Shown here: in pieces, positions 18,296 to 24,000 of the stretch | Numbering within the stretch: position 1 is the first letter of the stretch | Layout: each line of letters opens with the position of its first letter | Source of the DNA: an uncultured Gemmatimonadaceae bacterium | GTDB taxonomy: Bacteria > Gemmatimonadota > Gemmatimonadetes > Gemmatimonadales > Gemmatimonadaceae | Direction: 5' to 3' | Assembly: GCA_964649855.1 (NCBI GenBank) | Contig: CAZYTS010000023.1 | Coordinates: 1 to 24,000, forward strand | Length of the DNA: 24,000 nucleotides | Notes under the pieces: model-generated | Databases searched by the model: none | What the model saw: only the letters and a program-made list of their open reading frames with translations | What the model was told of the DNA's origin: nothing | Position numbers and translations under genes: made by a program

Positions 18296-18409
18296 GCGCG
18301 ACGTGCGCCAAAACTCCGCCGCCGTTACGTTTCCTGTACCAATCGCTTTCAGCTTCTGTTCAGATCCCCCGCGGAACTGAAACGCACCCCAACACTTACC
18401 CACGTTCCA

Positions 18410-19615
18410 GTGAGCGACCGCAGTCTCTTTACTTCCGAATCCGTCACTGAAGGGCATCCGGACAAAGTGGCCGATGCCATCTCCGATGCTGTTCTCGACG
18501 CTATTCTCGCCGACGATCCAGCTGCGCGGGTCGCCTGCGAAACCTTGGTGACCACTGGGTTGGCCGTCGTTGCCGGTGAAATCACAACTGAGACTTACGT
18601 CGACATTCCACGCATCGTGCGAAGCACGATAGAGCGCATCGGTTACACCAATGCTCTCTACGGCTTCGACGCAAACACCTGCGCGGTCGTGAGCAGCATC
18701 GACAAGCAGTCGCCCGACATCAAACAGGGTGTGGATACAGGTGGTGCCGGCGACCAGGGAATGATGTTCGGCTATGCAACCGATGAGACCGAAGAGCAGA
18801 TGCCTATGGCGATTGTCCTGGCGCATCGCCTCACCAAAGCGCTGGCCGCGGAACGCAAGTCGGGTAACCTTCGCTGGCTGCGTCCCGATGGAAAGGCACA
18901 GGTCACCGTTGCGTACGAAGGTGACAAGCCAGTTGCCGTTGAGACGGTTGTAGTGTCGACACAGCACGACGAGGACATCTCAAACGAGATGATCCGAAAG
19001 GCAGTAATCGCCGAAATCATTGAACCTGCCATTCCCGAACAATTGAGAACAAAGGCCCCGGTATACCACATCAATCCTACGGGTCGTTTTGTGGTTGGCG
19101 GTCCGTTGGGAGACGCCGGACTCACGGGGCGCAAAATTATTGTCGACACTTATGGCGGCATGGGACGCCACGGCGGCGGTGCATTCAGCGGTAAGGACCC
19201 CTCCAAGGTCGACCGATCGGCGTGCTACGCCGCGCGTTGGGTCGCCAAGAACGTGGTGGCAGCCGGGCTCGCACGCCGCTGCGAAGTACAGCTGGCATAC
19301 GCCATCGGCGTTGTCGAGCCGGTCTCGGTAATGGTGAACACCTTTGGGACCGGTTCGGTGAGCGACTCCGCGATTTCAAAGGCCATCCAGGAGGCCTTTG
19401 ACCTTACGCCCAAGGGAATCACCGGAGCTCTGGATTTACGCAAGCCCATCTATTCGCCAACGTCGTCTTACGGCCATTTTGGGCGTCCATCGGAACGACT
19501 GACCTATAGCCCGGTATCGAACAATGGAGCGGGGGGCGGTGGTAAGGTTGAGGGGACATCGTTCACCTGGGAGCGGCTGGACAAGGCGGAGGCTCTCAAA
19601 CGCGCCGTGCGTTAG
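18410..19615 (+). CDS. metK: S-adenosylmethionine synthetase
   Basis: 401 aa, GTG start. Motifs [41 protein letters not shown]. Carries a ~25-aa insertion between GHFGR and FTWE near the C-terminus. Confidence 0.93.
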   Translation: MSDRSLFTSESVTEGHPDKVADAISDAVLDAILADDPAARVACETLVTTGLAVVAGEITTETYVDIPRIVRSTIERIGYTNALYGFDANTCAVVSSIDKQSPDIKQGVDTGGAGDQGMMFGYATDETEEQMPMAIVLAHRLTKALAAERKSGNLRWLRPDGKAQVTVAYEGDKPVAVETVVVSTQHDEDISNEMIRKAVIAEIIEPAIPEQLRTKAPVYHINPTGRFVVGGPLGDAGLTGRKIIVDTYGGMGRHGGGAFSGKDPSKVDRSACYAARWVAKNVVAAGLARRCEVQLAYAIGVVEPVSVMVNTFGTGSVSDSAISKAIQEAFDLTPKGITGALDLRKPIYSPTSSYGHFGRPSERLTYSPVSNNGAGGGGKVEGTSFTWERLDKAEALKRAVR

Positions 19616-19643
19616 GCCGCGTTACTCAGCGAGGCGGTATTGA

Positions 19644-20183
19644 ATGGACCCACTGATTGAAGTCGCCGTTGCACGACTGGGGCTCGACGGTTCGACCAAC
19701 ACTTACGTGGTCATCCTTCGCGAGAGGGAGGGGGAGCGTATTCTGCCCATTTGGATCGGCCAGCCAGAGGCCGAGTCGATCCTTTTGGAGATGAATCAGG
19801 TTCGCAAGGAGCGGCCACTTACGCACGACCTCTGCAAGAGTCTCATAGTCGGACTCGGTGCGGAGTTGCAGCGCGTCAACATCACTAAAGTAGAAAACCG
19901 CACATACTTCGCAGAGCTGCTCCTGGTGCGCAACGGCGAGCAGTACCAGGTTGATGCGCGGCCGTCGGACAGCATTGCCATTGCGCTTCGTACGGAGTCT
20001 CCGGTATTCGCGGCCGAGTCTCTTCTTCTGGAGCCGCCAGATTCGGACGGAGAGGAGGACGAGCCCGAGGGGCTCGAGCCACCCTTTGAATCATCCCGCA
20101 GCACAGACGAGATGACCGCCGAACAGCTAAAGCAGTACCTCTCCGGCTTGCGACCCGAGGATTTTGGAAAGTTCAATCCCTGA
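19644..20183 (+). CDS. Bifunctional nuclease (BFN / DUF151) family protein with acidic linker and short C-terminal tail
   Basis: 179 aa. VILREREGERILPIWIGQPEAESILLEMNQVRKERPLTHDL...AELLLVRNGEQYQVDARPSDSIAIALR matches the DUF151 core (P-I-x-IG..EA..I......RP.THDL...DARPSDAIALA). The rest is a D/E-rich stretch plus the tail TAEQLKQYLSGLRPEDFGKFNP. Confidence 0.75.
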   Translation: MDPLIEVAVARLGLDGSTNTYVVILREREGERILPIWIGQPEAESILLEMNQVRKERPLTHDLCKSLIVGLGAELQRVNITKVENRTYFAELLLVRNGEQYQVDARPSDSIAIALRTESPVFAAESLLLEPPDSDGEEDEPEGLEPPFESSRSTDEMTAEQLKQYLSGLRPEDFGKFNP

Positions 20184-20193
20184 ACTTGCGTCC

Positions 20194-21348
20194 GTGTTGA
20201 CAAAGAAGCGCTGGTGTATAGCACTGCTGTTGTTGATGGTTTGTAGCTCAGCGCCCGGCTTTGCTCAGCGGTCGGAGCTTGTCGTTCGCGGCCACGTTGT
20301 CCGTCAGACGATGAATGGTCCGGTGCCGATGCCTCGGAGCCGCGTCACCCTTCACCGGATCGGGCAGGGCGAGTCAGGGCCGGTGGATTCGATCCTCACT
20401 GACCGCACGGGGGAGTTTGTCTTTAGCGTGAGTGCGGATTCGGCTTCAATGTACCTTGCCACCGCGCGCCACTCCGGAATCGCCTACTTTGCGCCGCCGA
20501 GCCGTTTGGGCGACGCAAACGGTGAATCCGAGATCGTTGTGTTTGACACGACCAGCGGCCCGCTCGCGGTGAGAGTATCAGGGAGACACCTTGTGGTGTC
20601 GGCGCCTAACGCGCGCGGTGATCGCGAGGTCGTTGAGGTCTACGAGATCCAGAACGATACCCTTGCCACTCTGGTCGCCTCGCCCCAAAAGCCGACATTT
20701 CGCGCGCGCATTCCAGATCGGGCGCTGAATCCGCGAGCTAACCAGGGTGATTTTACCGGGAGCTCGGTCCGCTTTTCACCCGGCGCCGTTGACGTGCTTG
20801 CTCCCATTGCTCCGGGAGTGAGGCAACTCGTTCTTGCCTACGATCTGGCCGCTCGGGACTTTCCAATGGAACTGGGGCTGGATGATTCGGCAAGCGTATT
20901 CGAGATACTTCTTGAGGAGTCGACTGGCAGGGTGGAAGGTGGCTCACTCGATTCGCGCGGTCCCGTGACGGTAGAAGGTCGGGTCTTTCAGCGCTTTACG
21001 GGGCGGGACGTTCCGGCCGGGATGTCATTCAGCATCATGGTTCCAACCCGAGCCGCATCTGCCGTACCGGTTTGGTTCCCAGGCCTGATTCTGGGACTTC
21101 TCTCGTTAGGTGGAGTGCTCTGGATGGCGCGACGACGGCCAAGACCCGTTGCGCTGGCTGCGGCTCCGGTTGCCGGAGGAGCTGGTGCATGGAACGCTGA
21201 TCAACTGCGCGAGGCGCTTGCCGGCGTCGACATCGCGCTCGCGTCTCGTGGCATCAACGACGCTGCGCGTCCCGCATTGCTGGAATATCGGGAGGAACTG
21301 CATGCCGCGCTCGAGCGTGAGCTTGCCGGAGGACCGCGCGCTACGTAG
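20194..21348 (+). CDS. Hypothetical single-pass membrane protein: signal peptide, periplasmic beta-sandwich (carboxypeptidase-regulatory-like) N-domain, C-terminal TM helix and helical cytoplasmic tail
   Basis: The ORF is open from 20164. The likely start is GTG 20194 or TTG 20197 (VLTKKRWCIALLLLMVCSSAPGFAQ = signal peptide), which avoids overlap with the upstream gene. VVRGHVV....G.PVP..RVTLHRIG.........LTDRTGEFVFSV resembles CarboxypepD_reg-type domains. TM helix VPVWFPGLILGLLSLGGVLWMARRR sits near residue 320. No catalytic motif recognised. Confidence 0.6.
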   Translation: MLTKKRWCIALLLLMVCSSAPGFAQRSELVVRGHVVRQTMNGPVPMPRSRVTLHRIGQGESGPVDSILTDRTGEFVFSVSADSASMYLATARHSGIAYFAPPSRLGDANGESEIVVFDTTSGPLAVRVSGRHLVVSAPNARGDREVVEVYEIQNDTLATLVASPQKPTFRARIPDRALNPRANQGDFTGSSVRFSPGAVDVLAPIAPGVRQLVLAYDLAARDFPMELGLDDSASVFEILLEESTGRVEGGSLDSRGPVTVEGRVFQRFTGRDVPAGMSFSIMVPTRAASAVPVWFPGLILGLLSLGGVLWMARRRPRPVALAAAPVAGGAGAWNADQLREALAGVDIALASRGINDAARPALLEYREELHAALERELAGGPRAT

Positions 21349-21370
21349 CTTTAGCCGTACAACACGATCT

Positions 21371-21510
21371 GCGGATGGCGGATACGGAAGCCGGTTTCAG
21401 TCCGGCGCGGCCCCGCCACTGTAAGGGACAAGACGCGTCGTCAGGTTGCCACTGACAACTGTTGGGAAGGCGACGACGCGGTCCCGAGCCAGGAGACGAC
21501 CACCGTCCGC
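21371..21510 (+). promoter_or_regulatory. Cobalamin (adenosylcobalamin/B12) riboswitch
   Basis: Conserved core read directly: GGAAGCCGGTTTCAGTCCGGCGCGGCCCCGCCACTGT (21386-21422), second GCCACTG (21448-21454), GGGAAGGC (21464-21471), and B12 box GAGCCAGGAGAC (21486-21497). P1 closes as GCGGATGG (21371-21378) with CCGTCCGC (21503-21510), 8 bp including one G-U. It sits in the 240-nt leader of a btuF-like operon. Confidence 0.85.
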
Positions 21511-21588
21511 GCCACCTTTATCGATCTTCGGGGGAAGGTCGGTGGGCCGCGGCCGCCGCCGCCTCCTGCGGACATCCCCAGTCTCAAG

Positions 21589-22494
21589 ATGTCCACTCTA
21601 CAAAAACTCATTGCGCTGCGCGTGCGCCTGCTCTCGACGGTCCTGGTCCTTTCAATAGCCGTTGTATTTGCTGCATGCGAACGACGCGGATCAACCGTTG
21701 CAGAACGAGTGGACTATTTCGGGAATCCCATTCCCAGCCTGAGCAATGTCGATCGCATCGTTTCGCTGGGCCCATCGTCAACTGAGATCCTCTACATGCT
21801 TGGCGCAGGCGATCGGATCGTTGGTCGTTCGCGCTGGGACACGTGGCCCGAAGAGGTAAAGGCCATTCCAGAGATCGGTGACGCGATCCGTCCGGGCATC
21901 GAGAAGATCCTGGAACTCAAGCCGCAGTTGGTAGTGCTTTATGCAGCGCAGGACAACCGCGAAGCCGCGGAGTTTCTAAGCCGTTCCGGGGTGAACGTGG
22001 TCTCATTGCGAATCGACAGGATCGAGGAGTACCTGAGCGCGGTTGAACTAATGGGTGAGCTCACAGATCACACTGAGCGTGCCGACTCGATCGTGCGGTC
22101 TTTGCGTTCCGAACTCGATTCAGTGAGAAGTTCTACAGAAGGGAGGCCAAGGCCAACAGTCTTCATGCCAGTGTGGGAGAACCCGCTGATGACGCTGGGC
22201 ATGGGCAGCTATCTCTCCGAACTCGTAGAGATCGCGGGGGGACGCAACGTTTACTCGGAGCGGCAGGAGCCCTCGTTTACGGTCTCCCTCGAAGACGTGA
22301 TCCAGCGCAATCCCGATGTGGTCCTTGTAACCCCTGCTTCTGCATCGCGAATTCTCAAAGACACCCAATGGCGCGCCCTCCGTGCCGTACGCGAAGGGCG
22401 CATGCTCACCTACGATACGCTTCTCGTATCGCAGCCATCGACACGCCTGGGGCGCGCAGCGCGTTTCCTGGCGGCACTGATCCACTCGCACTGA
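21589..22494 (+). CDS. btuF: ABC transporter periplasmic substrate-binding lipoprotein, BtuF/FecB (cluster A, TroA-like) family; probable cobalamin-binding
   Basis: 301 aa. Signal peptide with lipobox-like IAVVFAAC (Cys-30). RIVSLGPSSTEILYMLGAGDRIVG and PDVVLV are typical of BtuF/siderophore-binding proteins. The upstream B12 riboswitch supports cobalamin as substrate. Confidence 0.8.
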   Translation: MSTLQKLIALRVRLLSTVLVLSIAVVFAACERRGSTVAERVDYFGNPIPSLSNVDRIVSLGPSSTEILYMLGAGDRIVGRSRWDTWPEEVKAIPEIGDAIRPGIEKILELKPQLVVLYAAQDNREAAEFLSRSGVNVVSLRIDRIEEYLSAVELMGELTDHTERADSIVRSLRSELDSVRSSTEGRPRPTVFMPVWENPLMTLGMGSYLSELVEIAGGRNVYSERQEPSFTVSLEDVIQRNPDVVLVTPASASRILKDTQWRALRAVREGRMLTYDTLLVSQPSTRLGRAARFLAALIHSH

Positions 22495-23477
22495 TGAAGC
22501 TCCGCACGGCCCTTGCTCTCCTCTTCGTATTGCTGGCTGCGAGTATGCTGAGCCTGGCCATTGGCGCCGTGCCTCTATCGTTAGGCGAAGTCTGGACCGC
22601 GCTTACCGGATCGGCCGACGGTACCTCTTCAACCATCGTCCGTCAGCTACGACTGCCTCGCACGGTGCTCGGCGCATTGGTTGGCGCGGCATTGGGCGTG
22701 AGTGGGGCCACGCTGCAGACAACTCTGCGCAACCCGCTGGCAGAACCCTACTTGTTGGGTGTATCTGGCGGCGCGGCGGTTGGTGCGGTTGTGGCAACGG
22801 TGGCTGGCCTGACTGCGATCGGCGCCATATCTGTCTTTGCTTTTGCGGGGGCACTGGCCGCGGTGGCGGTGGTCCTGCTTTTGGCCGCAACAACGCGGAG
22901 GGGACGCGATCCTCTCACCCTCCTCATGGCGGGAGTAGTCACAGGAGCGTTCTGCAACGCCGTGATCATGGTTGCGCTGGCAAGAGCACCAGCCACGGCG
23001 CAACGTGGAGCGCTCTGGTGGATGATGGGTTCAATTGCAACAGCCGGATGGGACGACGTCGCCTGGCTTGCCGGTGCCGTGATCGTACTGGGTGGCACTC
23101 TCCTTCACCTTTCACGCCAGCTCGATGCCCTTGCTCTGGGCGCAGAGACCGCGGTGTCGTTAGGTGTTGATGCCGACGGCGCGGCCCGGCGGTTTTTTCT
23201 GGTGGCCTCACTTCTGGCAGCTGCCACCGTATCGACCGCAGGGCTCATTGGCTTTGCAGGGCTCATCGTTCCGCACATTGCCAGGGCAGTAACCGGGCGC
23301 GGCAGCACACGGGCCACTCTTGTCGCTGCGGCGCTTTTGGGCGCATCGCTTGTGCTTGCCTCAGACATAGCGGCCCGCTCCATAATGGCGCCGTCAGAAC
23401 TCCCGCTGGGCGCTGTAACCGCAATTCTTGGCGTTCCCTTTTTCCTCTGGCAACTCCGGCGCGGGGCCGTGCGATGA
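22494..23477 (+). CDS. btuC: FecCD-family ABC transporter permease (BtuC-like)
   Basis: ATG 22494 overlaps the btuF stop (TGATG), giving 327 aa; the track start 22173 runs through btuF. Motifs IVRQLRLPRTVLGALVGAALGVSGATLQTTLRNPLAEPYLLGVSGGAA and GLIGFAGLIVPHIAR are FecCD hallmarks. Confidence 0.88.
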   Translation: MKLRTALALLFVLLAASMLSLAIGAVPLSLGEVWTALTGSADGTSSTIVRQLRLPRTVLGALVGAALGVSGATLQTTLRNPLAEPYLLGVSGGAAVGAVVATVAGLTAIGAISVFAFAGALAAVAVVLLLAATTRRGRDPLTLLMAGVVTGAFCNAVIMVALARAPATAQRGALWWMMGSIATAGWDDVAWLAGAVIVLGGTLLHLSRQLDALALGAETAVSLGVDADGAARRFFLVASLLAAATVSTAGLIGFAGLIVPHIARAVTGRGSTRATLVAAALLGASLVLASDIAARSIMAPSELPLGAVTAILGVPFFLWQLRRGAVR

Positions 23478-24000
23478 TTCGCTACGAAGACGTCTCCATT
23501 CGCTACCCCGGCGCCGCGACCGACGCGATTGACTCGGTGTCGTTCCAGGCGCGCGCCGGACAGCTCACTGCAGTGGTTGGGCCAAATGGAAGCGGCAAGA
23601 CGACGATTGTGAGAGGGCTGCTTAGGCGACTTAGTCCGCGCGCCGGCCGGATCGTGGTCGCCGACAAATGGGTCGAGGATTGGCAGCGAACAGAACTCGC
23701 GCGTGAAATTGCCGTCGTTGTACAGCGAGAAGAACCCGTGTTTCCGATGAGCGTCGTCGACTACGTCACCCTGGGACGTCATCCTTTTCGGAGCGCGTGG
23801 TCCCCGTTAGGCACCGAGGACGGCAACGCCGTTGACGAGGCGCTGCAGCAGGCTGGAGTTACGTCGCTCGCGGATCGCACAACCGACGCGCTCTCCGGTG
23901 GGGAGTGGCAGCGCGTTCGCCTGGCACGTGCGCTGGCACAGCGTGCCCGCGCCTTGGTATTTGACGAGCCCACAACCTTTCTGGACATTGGCCACGAGAT
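23474..24000 (+). CDS. btuD: ABC transporter ATP-binding protein (BtuD/FecE-like), 3' end beyond the window
   Basis: Not in the ORF track because there is no stop within the window. My translation from ATG 23474 (ATGA overlap with the btuC stop): MIRYEDVSIRYPG...VVGPNGSGKTT (Walker A)...LSGGEWQRVRLARAL (ABC signature)...LVFDEPTTFLD (Walker B). Confidence 0.88.
   Translation, partial: MIRYEDVSIRYPGAATDAIDSVSFQARAGQLTAVVGPNGSGKTTIVRGLLRRLSPRAGRIVVADKWVEDWQRTELAREIAVVVQREEPVFPMSVVDYVTLGRHPFRSAWSPLGTEDGNAVDEALQQAGVTSLADRTTDALSGGEWQRVRLARALAQRARALVFDEPTTFLDIGHE

Noticed and set aside
21545-21554. Perfect 10-nt palindrome GGCCGCGGCC (contains a NotI-type GCGGCCGC) in the btuF leader, as a possible operator.
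   Set aside because: It is a single GC-only palindrome within a GCC-repeat stretch. It is plausible by chance in this composition, and no second half-site or partner regulator gene is nearby.
21446-21785. ORFs 21446-21658 and 21462-21785 in the btuF leader.
   Set aside because: They overlap the cobalamin riboswitch and the btuF coding frame. Their translations are Arg-rich low-complexity products of GC-rich non-coding or out-of-frame sequence.
10919-22493. Upstream-extended ORF-track starts for nusB (10919), hpf (12593), hprK (12871), EIID (15337), HPr (16215) and btuC (22173).
   Set aside because: The extensions run through the preceding, well-supported genes in another frame and add non-homologous N-termini. 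Downstream in-frame starts give canonical N-termini and typical 1-20-nt overlaps.
526-23782. Long minus-strand ORFs antisense to the annotated genes (e.g. 526-1053, 1600-2292, 7256-7774, 8621-9169, 17284-17949, 18275-18967, 23105-23782).
   Set aside because: Each lies entirely opposite a + strand gene with strong family motifs. Their translations are Arg/Ser/Pro/Ala-rich with no recognisable motifs, as expected for stop-poor antisense frames in GC-rich DNA. I saw no independent start context or conservation signal.
1-24000. Search for mobile elements, CRISPR arrays, defence/toxin-antitoxin modules, an origin (DnaA boxes) or a dif site.
   Set aside because: I saw no terminal inverted repeats, integrase or transposase motifs, direct-repeat arrays, strand switches or compositional islands. 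Every sizeable ORF on the coding strand has either a housekeeping assignment or a simple envelope-protein architecture.

Overview
GC-rich bacterial chromosomal window. All 27 genes I can support are on the + strand and are tightly packed, many with overlapping stop/start codons. In order: fbp (5' partial), a methylmalonyl-CoA mutase catalytic subunit, a Cys-poor FmdB-like small protein, argS, a PfkB kinase, purM, a putative outer-membrane beta-barrel protein, ribD-ribE-ribBA-ribH-nusB, a GT4 glycosyltransferase, and a divergent HPF/RaiA-like protein. A contiguous phosphotransferase block follows (hprK, mannose-family EIIA, EIIB, EIIC, EIID, HPr, Enzyme I). Then come metK, a DUF151/BFN nuclease-family protein, a membrane-anchored hypothetical protein, and a cobalamin riboswitch driving a btuF/btuC/btuD-type ABC importer (last gene 3' partial). 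I found no CRISPR array, tRNA/rRNA gene, transposase, integrase or recognisable defence or toxin genes. I do not see a convincing novel multi-gene system; this looks like core housekeeping DNA. The observations most worth a second look are: (1) a strongly over-represented, strand- and frame-biased word TCGTTAGG; (2) the complete HPF-HprK-Man-type PTS-HPr-EI block; (3) three uncharacterised proteins (a zinc-less FmdB-like protein, a beta-barrel protein wedged between purM and ribD, and the BFN/membrane-protein pair); (4) the unexplained metK leader. The lineage guess (FCB-group or Gemmatimonadota-like) is inference only, based on the MetK C-terminal insertion, GC content and sparse Shine-Dalgarno usage.
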